The notes: generated by a model not told the origin, from the letters alone. Positions 49,201-57,130 are shown, numbered from the stretch's first letter. The stretch is 64,000 nt of DNA from Deltaproteobacteria bacterium (GCA_024233595.1 JACKPK010000004.1:77180-141179), one strand, 5' to 3'. Made by a program: numbers and translations.

Positions 49201-49777
49201 AGACAATTCGCGCACAAAAATCATCTTACAAGATGACGAACAGGCACACATCGACGAAGACGAAAGCACAAAACTCTTCATCCCAGAACTGGGTTCCGGA
49301 GAGTATGTGGAGATCGAAAGAAAATTCACTGACCTTGCTGACGAGGAATCAGAAGACAGTATTCAAAAAATTGATTTTAAAGACGATGACCTTGCTGATC
49401 AAGAAACGCTCAGCACTCAAGTCAACGCGCGTGTGTCGCTGGCCACCAAGCAAGCCAGCAGCTCTAGCGATCTGCCTGATGACTTGTCTGACGATGCCAT
49501 TGGCGCGTCTGTTTACTGTCCTGTTTGCGGCACAGGCCAATCCTCTTACTTGGCGGCAGGTTCTCCGGAAGAAGGCGACAGCAGCATTCCTTCTTCGGAA
49601 TTGGGCGGCTCCAGTTCTGGTGGATCAGCAAGCGGCATGAACATGCAAATTGGTGGCGGCGCTTGTAGCTTGAACACAGCCAGCGCGCTTTCGACCAAGA
49701 CTTCGCTTGTGCCCTTCCTGGTGAGCTTTTTCATCGCCTTTGTGACTTTGGTACGACGACAAAAGACGAGTGTTTAA
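46256..49777 (+). CDS. Large secreted Cys-rich repeat protein with MopE-type metal-binding motifs and Cys-containing C-terminal sorting-like tail
   Basis: Signal peptide (…LIILTMVSFASHPVLA). Three CDGxDNDCDGxxDE-type motifs (CDGVDNDCDGQIDEE, CDNIDNDCDGEVDR, CNGQDDDCDGEIDED). Eight 17-aa C-x3-C repeats. Acidic low-complexity linkers. C-terminus NMQIGGGACSLNT...LVPFLVSFFIAFVTLVRRQK. Confidence 0.75.
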   Translation: MKNITSQHQFLLESLLFACCLIILTMVSFASHPVLAQSGGIPDQVCVDIDRDGVTTCDGDCDDRNTDVAPNRPELCDGVDNDCDGQIDEELWQPLPNQQGACAANGQICQNGSWVNAPNNQEPGPENCDNIDNDCDGEVDRIVRNSANQQGKCQNNRDICLNGVWEPFMVGYYTPENQDLCNGQDDDCDGEIDEDDSIFTYNAESGRCEAQCPEGQIFNMQAKACEPICQQGQIFNRETKRCDVQCPADQFLSEETGRCEKRCAQGEIINPETGQCQAPCPPGHFFDGLSGQCQSACEVFEGFNADQNRCEAKCDIDQRWDAEELLCVNLCEDGQLFNPLKSECQDLPACASDELTAHKVSCISVDANVTCISAHDETHRTVTFNSNVADVVVSNSHLYVLLQNQKIFRLSLTDAFTIDSAQLLIEGESLEGAQELAVNSKEVLFVMYANAIKQLTDQEMYVIYETQVEQITSIAAIDDLYAMVGGQLNKIDPVTKSATNLHDYRVLIDEKLVDQTESSKLFPARFSLQKHMVLASGAHMDFYNLESNQNHHARFEDYGINTMSVTVHNETNRILAYNPYLPDIILISKEGRVLNETKILDVLPEPVAPSSLNSTTACFAPEVINEETGDEESGDGTPEQQDPEQNNNDEVTQDQEEPNSDSPSDDQSGNDDGSLIGDNRPEDPTVTTITCRDGSVVADIGDCSCVETCDDPKVIEEKFSDAQVNPPEEDDTVKKISDTMSDSDSGSGDDVKKISDVTDASDSSERSADSLDSTLSDSGERVCPLSGKAPVRSLCLVNKKSNRIECYKDKELVRKFETQDVSNLLTTNSGKLVAMTRDRILVHDIMDDNEKEPDSILEKLDSSETIRPKQIQLADDQEQIIVLHQDKSGSSKQITIDMTRKTITNESPQITEKVDAALLDQRDERIYTISKDAGSISVYDTHTGEQLEKILLSEEEKISLQEKDGSIKTLSIEDDELQVYWEDNSRTKIILQDDEQAHIDEDESTKLFIPELGSGEYVEIERKFTDLADEESEDSIQKIDFKDDDLADQETLSTQVNARVSLATKQASSSSDLPDDLSDDAIGASVYCPVCGTGQSSYLAAGSPEEGDSSIPSSELGGSSSGGSASGMNMQIGGGACSLNTASALSTKTSLVPFLVSFFIAFVTLVRRQKTSV
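46877..47284 (+). repeat. Eight tandem 51-nt (17-aa) C-x3-C-x12 coding repeats
   Basis: CEAQCPEGQIFNMQAKA / CEPICQQGQIFNRETKR / CDVQCPADQFLSEETGR / CEKRCAQGEIINPETGQ / CQAPCPPGHFFDGLSGQ / CQSACEVFEGFNADQNR / CEAKCDIDQRWDAEELL / CVNLCEDGQLFNPLKSE. The period is exact, with no indels. Confidence 0.85.
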
Positions 49778-49950
49778 GAATAAAAACCCGAGAATGCATA
49801 AATGCATTTAGTTTGAGAACTCGAACACATGCCCCATACCCTTGTGGCTTGCGGACCAAATACAACAGGTCTTTTGGGGAAATTTTTCCTCAGCATGATC
49901 CCACTCATATTTTTTATTAAATAATATCAAATGCTTACAAACACAAAACC

Positions 49951-49966
49951 TGGCACAACTCCTGCA
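49951..49966 (+). promoter_or_regulatory. sigma54-type -24/-12 promoter candidate
   Basis: TGGCACA-actc-CTGCA. GG (49952-49953) and GC (49964-49965) are separated by exactly 10 nt. It lies 12 nt upstream of ATG 49977 and 30 nt upstream of ATG 49995. Confidence 0.45.
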
Positions 49967-49976
49967 TATATATAAG

Positions 49977-51572
49977 ATGGAAAGGACCTTCGTCATGTTT
50001 AAAGGTGTGTTTACAAGTCTCAGTATTTTGATTTTGCTCTTAAGCCAGCAGGCTTTTGCGGCAACAAGCTGCCCCGATGGCAGCGAGGCCGAGTCTCGCC
50101 TTTGTGTGATCAATCGCTCCGAGATTGATCCAGGTTTGGTTTGTTATGACAAAGACCTTAACCCCAAGATCTTCTTTGCTGGTTACCGCAACGTTCATGC
50201 TGTGATCGATAATGGCTCTGCCGAACACTTTACTTTTGTTGTGGGCGACGACATTTACTTGGTGAACAAATCAACTCTTGAAATCACCAACCTGCCTTTC
50301 TCTTCTTTTGATTGGAGTGACGAAAGCGAAGCGCCGCAAATGTTTCTTGTGCGTGATCACTTGCAATCAGGTGGTGGCGACGCGCTTTTTCTTGCCGACT
50401 TGATTCGCGGCAGTGAAATCAAAACAGAATTGATTCTTGTGGACGGTGATAGCTCGAGCATCCGCACCTTATACAGCGAGCTCGATGGCGCCGAGTGGAT
50501 CGCCCAGTCTCCGGTTGATGACACTTACGGTTTGGTTGGTGGCAGCTTTGGCATCAAAAAGCTTGTGCGTTCCGAAAGCTCTTACAGTTTAGAAAATGTC
50601 ATCGCCATTAGCGACCTCCCTGAAGGCTTTGGCACAATCAAAAACACCAGCTCTGGTATTTTTGCCGATGACGGTTCGCAATTGATTTTCACAGTCACCA
50701 ATAGCGAAAGCGAAACCACGGCTATTTACACTTACGACATTGATTCCGCTCTTCTCACAGAAGTGGTTGGCGACAATATCCCTTACATGATCCCTCGTGG
50801 CGGCTTGCAAGCCACACCCGAGGACCCTTACTTGCTTGCTAGCGCCGGCACAAAAATGGATCTTTACACAAGTCTTGGCTCTTTTGCTTCAGACGAATTC
50901 CCAATTTCTTACACCGACCTTTCCCCCACGGCTTACACAAGCGATTCCCTGCAAGACACAGGTTCCTTTGCTTTTGTGGAAATGTGCGATGGCACCCCAC
51001 AAAAAGGACCCTACACAGATGAAGCTTGCGATGGCATCGATAACGATGGCGATGTCAGCATTGATGAAAACCTCACCAAAGCTTGTGACGAAAGTTTATA
51101 CAAACCAGGCACCTCCACTTGTGAAAATGGCAATTGGATCGGTTGTGAATACATTTGTGCCGTTGAAGAAAACGAAGTGCTGAATCCTGTGACCAAAGAG
51201 TGCGAATGCGAACAAGGTTACGAGCGCGATGACGAAAACAACTGCATCGCCATCCCCAGCAAAGAACCAGAAGAAGAAACCCCTGTTGAAGAAACAGACG
51301 AGCCGGAAGAAGTCATCGTGCCTGCGAACGAACCCGACACCTCATCGGACAACACGCCCGATGACAACAATGAAGCTCTCGAAGAATCTGACTCACAACA
51401 ACCAGACCCACAAGTGGCCCCCACACCCAACACGAATGTGAAGATGTCCGGCGGCGCTTTGGGCTGCCAACTCAGCACCCAAGAAAACCCAGCCGCCCAA
51501 GGCTACGCGGTTTTGGCCCTGATGCTGGGCTTCTTTGGACTTTTGTTCAGACTGCGTCGCCACGCAAAATAA
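49977..51572 (+). CDS. Secreted protein, smaller paralog-like partner with one MopE-like motif and the same C-terminal sorting-like tail
   Basis: Signal peptide (MFKGVFTSLSILILLLSQQAFA|A), CDGIDNDGDVSIDEN plus EGF-like CECEQGYERDDENNC, and a Pro/Glu/Asp-rich linker. C-terminus NVKMSGGALGCQLST...YAVLALMLGFFGLLFRLRRHAK. An alternative start at ATG 49995 has GGAAAGGA 8 nt upstream. Confidence 0.7.
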   Translation: MERTFVMFKGVFTSLSILILLLSQQAFAATSCPDGSEAESRLCVINRSEIDPGLVCYDKDLNPKIFFAGYRNVHAVIDNGSAEHFTFVVGDDIYLVNKSTLEITNLPFSSFDWSDESEAPQMFLVRDHLQSGGGDALFLADLIRGSEIKTELILVDGDSSSIRTLYSELDGAEWIAQSPVDDTYGLVGGSFGIKKLVRSESSYSLENVIAISDLPEGFGTIKNTSSGIFADDGSQLIFTVTNSESETTAIYTYDIDSALLTEVVGDNIPYMIPRGGLQATPEDPYLLASAGTKMDLYTSLGSFASDEFPISYTDLSPTAYTSDSLQDTGSFAFVEMCDGTPQKGPYTDEACDGIDNDGDVSIDENLTKACDESLYKPGTSTCENGNWIGCEYICAVEENEVLNPVTKECECEQGYERDDENNCIAIPSKEPEEETPVEETDEPEEVIVPANEPDTSSDNTPDDNNEALEESDSQQPDPQVAPTPNTNVKMSGGALGCQLSTQENPAAQGYAVLALMLGFFGLLFRLRRHAK

Positions 51573-51694
51573 CAAATGATTCCAATCATTTAATCTTAAA
51601 AAAATAAACAATAAACCCCAAACTGTTGACTTTCGGAACCTTTTTTCCGTAATCCGGGCAACTTGTTAAAACACCCAGCCGAATGACAACAACC

Positions 51695-52189
51695 ATGAAA
51701 AAATCAAGCCGACAACTAATCCCATTTTTTATGACGCTAATGGCGTTTCTCGTAAGCCTATCGTGTGCCCCATCGCTAGGAGATTCAGCATCTAGAAAAT
51801 CACGAAGCCCCAACAAAGATTTACACCCCATAGCTGCTCTCAAGTACAACATCACCAAAGTTGCCAATGCCAGTTGGTATGGCATGCCCTTTCACGGTCG
51901 ACGCACCGCCAATGGCGAGTGGTACAATATGCATGCCCTAACGGCTGCCCACAAAAGTCTGCCTTTTGATTCATTGGTCAAAGTCACAAACCTCAACAAC
52001 GGCAAGACTGTTATTGTTCGCATCAATGATCGTGGCCCCTACGCACACAATCGAGAAATCGATCTCTCTTACATGGCCGCCAAACAACTCAATATGATTG
52101 GCCAAGGCGTTGCCAAAGTGAAGCTTGAGATCTTGAAGTCACCAGAAAAATTTGTTTACAGGCAACTTCCTTCCTACGTTTATTTTTAA
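51695..52189 (+). CDS. rlpA: Septal ring lytic transglycosylase RlpA-family lipoprotein (DPBB domain)
   Basis: Lipobox LVSLSC, then ASWYGMPFHGRRTANGEWYNMHALTAAHKSLPFDSLVKVTNLNNGKTVIVRINDRGPY (RlpA double-psi beta-barrel signature). Confidence 0.85.
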   Translation: MKKSSRQLIPFFMTLMAFLVSLSCAPSLGDSASRKSRSPNKDLHPIAALKYNITKVANASWYGMPFHGRRTANGEWYNMHALTAAHKSLPFDSLVKVTNLNNGKTVIVRINDRGPYAHNREIDLSYMAAKQLNMIGQGVAKVKLEILKSPEKFVYRQLPSYVYF

Positions 52190-52292
52190 TAGCCCCTCGA
52201 TTTTCACTATTTTCTTACAAAGCTTGAGCATTTTGCTTTTGAAAAGTATCGCGTTAACTTAGATTTTTTGTTCTCTCCCTGGAGAAAAGCCA

Positions 52293-53615
52293 ATGAGCTT
52301 TGACGAATTAAAAAAACAAGCCTCGGTTCCCGACGCCGAAGATAACCTTGCTGCCTTCGAAAAACACATGACTTGCGATTGGCAACAAGACTCCGCTCAA
52401 AATCTAGCGCGCATTTTTTTTCATTCTCGCTTTCTCTCGCGTTTTTTATTGAACCACCCACAAAGTGCAAAAACAATTCTAGAAAACAAAGACATTCAAA
52501 AAGAATTCAGTCCCTCAGAGTACCTCAACAGCGCCAATGCATTTTTACAACAATCCCCAGACTGGAAACAAAACCTCAGGCTTTTTAAATACACGCAGCT
52601 GCTACGCCTGACCATTTTAGAAATCATCGGCACAAACAGCATTCAGGTTTACCGAGAACTTTCAACGCTCGCGCAAACCATTTGCCAACTCTGCTTTGAA
52701 AAAATCTGCTCACAGGTTTTAGAGCATGTGGGCGAAAACAAATTGCCTTGCGAAAGCGCTATTCTTGCCATGGGAAAACTAGGCGGTTTTGAACTCAACT
52801 ACAGTTCCGATATTGATCTCATTGGCTTTTACCAAAATGAAGGCTCATTAAAGAATACCAACCACCATGAATTTTTTGTAAAATTATTTTTGGAATTTGG
52901 AAAAGAGCTAAACCGCAGAGACCCCATTGGTTTTTTGTACCGAGCCGATTGGGACTTGCGTCCCGAAGGCATTGGCGGCACGCTGGCAAACTCTTTTGTC
53001 GCCATGGAAACCTATTACGAAAGTTTTGGCGAAGAATGGGAACGCCAAGCCTACATCAAAGCAAGACCTTTGATCGAAACCAAAAATATTGGTTCACAAT
53101 TTTTAGAAACGCTAACGCCCTTTGTTTACCGAAAATCTTTTGATGAAAAAACCATCAAAAACATCTGGGCCATGAAATCGCGCATTCAAAAAGAAAACGC
53201 CGCGCGTTCATCAAAAGCCATCAACATCAAGCTGGATGCCGGAGGCATTCGCGACATTGAATTTTTTGTACAAGGCTTTCAACTGCTTTACGGTGGCCAG
53301 TACTTAGACCTCAGATCCACCAACACCTTAATCGCTCTCAACACCTTAAGCATCAAAAAACTCATCAGCAAATCAGAACAAGAACAATTACAAACCGCCT
53401 ATTTATTTTTAAGACGACTAGAAAGCATGATTCAAATGGAAGAAGAAGCACAGCGACACAGCGTAAGCGAAGAAGCTTCTCACCAACTGGCTCTTGCTAA
53501 AAGAATGGGATTTACAGGTTCTCGTGACGAGATCATTTCTAAACTCAACGAGGCCCTGCTTTTAACACGCACACAAGCAAGACAGATTTTTGAAAAGTAC
53601 TTTAAGCAAGAATGA
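52293..53615 (+). CDS. glnE: GlnE-like nucleotidyltransferase, N-terminal (adenylyl-removing-type) half as a separate gene
   Basis: GKLGGFELNYSSDIDLIGFY (G-x-x-G...D-x-D NTase motif of GlnE) and YRADWDLRPEG (GlnE R-x-D-x-R-L-R-P context). About 440 aa, which is half the size of canonical GlnE. Confidence 0.75.
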   Translation: MSFDELKKQASVPDAEDNLAAFEKHMTCDWQQDSAQNLARIFFHSRFLSRFLLNHPQSAKTILENKDIQKEFSPSEYLNSANAFLQQSPDWKQNLRLFKYTQLLRLTILEIIGTNSIQVYRELSTLAQTICQLCFEKICSQVLEHVGENKLPCESAILAMGKLGGFELNYSSDIDLIGFYQNEGSLKNTNHHEFFVKLFLEFGKELNRRDPIGFLYRADWDLRPEGIGGTLANSFVAMETYYESFGEEWERQAYIKARPLIETKNIGSQFLETLTPFVYRKSFDEKTIKNIWAMKSRIQKENAARSSKAINIKLDAGGIRDIEFFVQGFQLLYGGQYLDLRSTNTLIALNTLSIKKLISKSEQEQLQTAYLFLRRLESMIQMEEEAQRHSVSEEASHQLALAKRMGFTGSRDEIISKLNEALLLTRTQARQIFEKYFKQE

Positions 53616-54868
53616 CAAACGAAAATCAAAAAACATCTACCCCTAACAAAGATCAGTTCACAGAATTTAAAAAAGACCCTCGTTTAGAAAGCGCGATCTA
53701 CAAACAAGGTGCCTTCAAAACAAAAAAGAAGCAGCATCAGGATTTAATCTCGCAATGGGCTAAGCTCGATATAGAAGAATTTGCAGATGCCATTCGCCAA
53801 TACAAATACAAAACCAAACAAGAGCTCATCACTCAGCTAGAAAACAAGCCCTTTGAAAACCGCCAAAAAATTTTAGAAAGCCTTTCTGATACCGCTGAAC
53901 TTTTGACCATGGCCAGCTTAGAACGCGCTGAACAATTGCAAATCGAAAAATTTGGTGAGCCTCTGTATTTAAGTTCCTACAAGCAAATGCAACGCTCTCA
54001 TTTGGCATTAGTGGCCATGGGCAAACTTGCCACTCGCGAAATCAATTACTTTTCGGACCTGGACGTGATTTTTATTTTTTCACACCGTGGCGAAACCGCT
54101 GGCACAAAAGAACCCGGCAACCAAATCAAAAACACACAGTTCTTCATTCGCGTGGCACAACGCTTTATTTCGATGATGACACTCCTGACCAGTCGCGGCC
54201 GCTGTTATCAAATCGACACCGAACTCAGGCCCTCGGGCAATCAAGGCACCTTGGTCACCAGTTTTGATTATTTTTTAGATCACCAAATGAATAAAGCCGC
54301 TTATTGGGAACGCATGGCACTGACTCGTTCTCGTGCCATTAGCCAGGACTGTGAATTTGAAGAAGCCCTCACCAAACAAATCGATGAACTGGTTTATCAC
54401 AGACCTTTGCCGCAAGACTTTGCCGTGGTCATGAACGACATCCGGCAAAAGGTGTTGCGTGAGCGTGCAAAAACCAAAGACGATTACTTTGATCTAAAAC
54501 TTGGTCAAGGTGGCATCATGGACATTGAGTTCACCTTGCAACTCATACAACTCAAATTCGGACGACTTTACCCACAACTCAGACGCAAAAGCGTTTTTGA
54601 AATCCTTAAGGCGTTAAAAGAGCATTCTCTTCTGAGCAACACAGAACTGAAAAACCTCACACAGGCCTATGTTTTATTCAGAAGCATCGAAAGCAAACTG
54701 CATCTTGAAAAGCGTCGTAGCTTCCATGTGATCAGCCTTAAAGAAAGTGATAACACGAATTTAGCAGAACAATTGCAGCTAAGCGAAAAGCAACTGATTT
54801 CTGATATTAAAGATGCTAGAAGCACCGTACAGAGCTTATACAGGAAATTTTATGAAAGCATTTCATGA
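53612..54868 (+). CDS. glnE: GlnE-like nucleotidyltransferase, C-terminal (adenylyltransferase-type) half as a separate gene
   Basis: GKLATREINYFSDLDVIFIF and CYQIDTELRPSGNQGTLVTS (GlnE ...D-x-R-L-R-P-S-G..G-x-L-V). The start overlaps the previous stop (ATGA at 53612-53615). Confidence 0.75.
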   Translation: MTNENQKTSTPNKDQFTEFKKDPRLESAIYKQGAFKTKKKQHQDLISQWAKLDIEEFADAIRQYKYKTKQELITQLENKPFENRQKILESLSDTAELLTMASLERAEQLQIEKFGEPLYLSSYKQMQRSHLALVAMGKLATREINYFSDLDVIFIFSHRGETAGTKEPGNQIKNTQFFIRVAQRFISMMTLLTSRGRCYQIDTELRPSGNQGTLVTSFDYFLDHQMNKAAYWERMALTRSRAISQDCEFEEALTKQIDELVYHRPLPQDFAVVMNDIRQKVLRERAKTKDDYFDLKLGQGGIMDIEFTLQLIQLKFGRLYPQLRRKSVFEILKALKEHSLLSNTELKNLTQAYVLFRSIESKLHLEKRRSFHVISLKESDNTNLAEQLQLSEKQLISDIKDARSTVQSLYRKFYESIS

Positions 54869-56084
54869 GCTACACAACTTTGTTCAAGAACAACAAAGTC
54901 AAATTTCAAACTGGTTTGATGCCCAATGGAAAAACCTAAAACCATTGCCCTACTTTTCTTGTGACATCCGACATTCTGGTTTTAAGATTGGCATCGTTGA
55001 CACAAATCTATTTCCCGGTGGCTTTAATAACCTCTGCGCATCGTATTCGCGCAAAGCCGAAACCGCTCTGCAGCAGTATTTTAAAAACAACCACCCCACA
55101 GCAAAAAAAATCGCCTTGCTTGCGGAGTCGCACACTCGCAATAAATTTTATCTTCTTAATGTTTTACGCTTGCAGCAGTTTATTATTGATGCCGGTCTTG
55201 AATGCAATGTGACTATGGCTGATTTGCCGGACCATTTAGAAGAACGCACCACCATTCCCTTAGACCAAGACAAAACTCTGGTTGTTCTTAAGCCTCATCT
55301 TGATGATCAAAACAAAATCGTTTTAGGCGAAGATTTTCTCCCTGATTTGATTTTAAGCAATAACGATTTTTCCGCTGGCGTCCCACAACCCTTTGCCGAA
55401 TGCCAAACGCCTTTGATTCCTGATTCCAATCTTGGTTGGCATACACGCCGCAAGAACACGCACTTTAAAATTTTATCCGAACTCTTTGATGCCTTTGGCA
55501 AAGAATTCAATATCGATGCCTGGCACCTCACTCCAATATCCAAAACGGTTTCGGGCGTGGCACCTGATCAACTTGAGCACTTAGCTAGCGAGGTTGATGT
55601 TTTAATTAGTGAGATCACTCAAAAATACAAAGAGTATCAGATTTCCGAAACACCACACGTGTTCATTAAAAACGATTCCGGAACCTATGGCATGGGCGTG
55701 CTCATGGTGAATTCGGGACAAGATGTTTTGGAATTAAATCGGAAAAAGAAAAACAAACTCTTTAGCTCACGTTCAGATCAAGCCAATCAGTTTTTGCTGC
55801 AAGAAGGCATCCCCACTTCGGATTCCTACAGCGGTTACCCTATTGAGCCTGTGATTTATGGCATTGGCAAGGGCGGTGTCGGTGGATTTTTTCGCTTTCA
55901 CACACGCAAGTCTCCTTACGAAAGCCTTAACTCACCTGGCATGAGTTTCTCTTGCCTGTGCTTGCATAAATTAGACGAACCACACGAATCAGACTTTATT
56001 GATTGCAAAGCCAAACGCGAGCTGGTGTTTTTATCGAATTTTCTTGCTGAGTTTGCAGCACTAGCCGCAGCAAAAGAAGCTTAG
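54852..56084 (+). CDS. gshA: Putative glutamate--cysteine ligase of the T. ferrooxidans (GshA, PF08886-like) type
   Basis: About 410 aa, ...FSCDIRHSGFKIGIVDTNLFPGGFNNL... with an ATP-grasp-like core (...VFIKNDSGTYGMGV...). The family assignment is from memory of its N-terminal pattern. ATG 54852 is preceded by AGGAAA. Confidence 0.5.
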   Translation: MKAFHELHNFVQEQQSQISNWFDAQWKNLKPLPYFSCDIRHSGFKIGIVDTNLFPGGFNNLCASYSRKAETALQQYFKNNHPTAKKIALLAESHTRNKFYLLNVLRLQQFIIDAGLECNVTMADLPDHLEERTTIPLDQDKTLVVLKPHLDDQNKIVLGEDFLPDLILSNNDFSAGVPQPFAECQTPLIPDSNLGWHTRRKNTHFKILSELFDAFGKEFNIDAWHLTPISKTVSGVAPDQLEHLASEVDVLISEITQKYKEYQISETPHVFIKNDSGTYGMGVLMVNSGQDVLELNRKKKNKLFSSRSDQANQFLLQEGIPTSDSYSGYPIEPVIYGIGKGGVGGFFRFHTRKSPYESLNSPGMSFSCLCLHKLDEPHESDFIDCKAKRELVFLSNFLAEFAALAAAKEA

Positions 56085-56296
56085 CCAATGTAACGTGGCG
56101 CTTCTTCCACGATGATCACATTGTCCGACTCTGACTGGTGAACATCCTTCCACCCGTCCAAAGCAGGGCTTTCGACATTTTTGTTCACGTCGTGCGAAGA
56201 AGAAAGGCTTTTAGACGAACACGCTTGCGTGCTCATGCCTAAAATAATCAGCAACCCGATTAAGGTTTTAAGTGATGTGGTTCTTGTTATTTGCAT
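56081..56296 (-). CDS. Small hypothetical lipoprotein
   Basis: 71 aa with signal peptide and lipobox (LGMSTQAC|SS). Convergent 4-nt overlap with gshA. Confidence 0.45.
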   Translation of the reverse strand: MQITRTTSLKTLIGLLIILGMSTQACSSKSLSSSHDVNKNVESPALDGWKDVHQSESDNVIIVEEAPRYIG

Positions 56297-56374
56297 TCCA
56301 CTTAAAATTGTAACACAAACAGGAAACCCTTGTAATACAATAGTTTACGGATATTTATTATTTTTGATTTGAAA

Positions 56375-56410
56375 CTGTTAATCTTGTTAAGAGCTGTTAA
56401 AAGTTGTGAA
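56375..56410. promoter_or_regulatory. Four helically phased TGT(T/G)AA direct repeats
   Basis: cTGTTAAtctTGTTAAgagcTGTTAAaagtTGTGAA. Hexamers start at 56376, 56385, 56395 and 56405, which is 50-85 nt upstream of ATG 56461. Confidence 0.3.
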
Positions 56411-56460
56411 TGAATTGCGGTTCTGTACCCATCACCATATTCAAACCAAAGGAAATTCAA

Positions 56461-57009
56461 ATGGTCTTACTCAAATCAATCGATATCCCCTTAGGCACAA
56501 AACTCCCAAGCTTCACGCTTCCAGATCCCAATGGTCAAAACTTTAAAAGCCAAAATCTTTTTGGCCCCAAAGGGCTCTTGCTAGCAGTGACCTGCAACCA
56601 CTGCCCATACGCCATTGCTGTGTGGCCGCGCTTTTTAGCTTTAGCCAATCACGCTAAAGAATTAGGAATCAACACCACCGCCATCAACCCCAATATTCAT
56701 CCTGACTACCCTGATGATGCTCCTGATAAAATGGCTGAGAAAATCAAAGAGTGGAACATTAATTTCCCTTACTTGGTCGATGAATCCCAAGAGCTTGCCA
56801 AAGAACTCAAAGCCCAATGCACTCCCGATATTTATCTGTACGATGGCGAACAAAAACTCGTTTACCACGGCCGCATTGATGACAACTGGCAAGACGAATC
56901 CCAAGTCACCAAAGAAGAACTCAAGCAAGCGATCAACGCGTTGGCCCAAGGCAAAGTCATCGAGGCAAAGCAACACCCCTCCATGGGCTGTTCGATCAAA
57001 TGGAAATGA
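56461..57009 (+). CDS. Thioredoxin-fold (AhpC/TSA-redoxin-like) protein
   Basis: ...LPSFTLPDPNGQNFKSQNLFGPKGLLLAVTCNHCPYA... (redoxin C-x-x-C context) and a C-terminal ...MGCSIKW. ATG 56461 is preceded by AAGGAA. Confidence 0.75.
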   Translation: MVLLKSIDIPLGTKLPSFTLPDPNGQNFKSQNLFGPKGLLLAVTCNHCPYAIAVWPRFLALANHAKELGINTTAINPNIHPDYPDDAPDKMAEKIKEWNINFPYLVDESQELAKELKAQCTPDIYLYDGEQKLVYHGRIDDNWQDESQVTKEELKQAINALAQGKVIEAKQHPSMGCSIKWK

Positions 57010-57034
57010 TTGATAAAAATTGAAGAAATAAATC

Positions 57035-57061
57035 CACTGACGCGTTTGCTCAGTGTTTTTT
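57035..57061 (+). terminator. Rho-independent terminator
   Basis: CACTGA (57035-57040) / TCAGTG (57050-57055), 9-nt loop, then TTTTTT. Confidence 0.6.
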
Positions 57062-57130
57062 AAATTTGGTATTGCGTTTTTCTAGTGGTTTGGCGCACAG
57101 TCTTTATCCAACCCCAATCCGAGGAAAGCT

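Noticed and set aside
49808-50113. 101-aa minus-strand ORF between and over the two secreted-protein genes.
   Set aside because: It overlaps the signal-peptide region of the plus-strand gene and the sigma54-like promoter. It has no motif and no ribosome-binding site.
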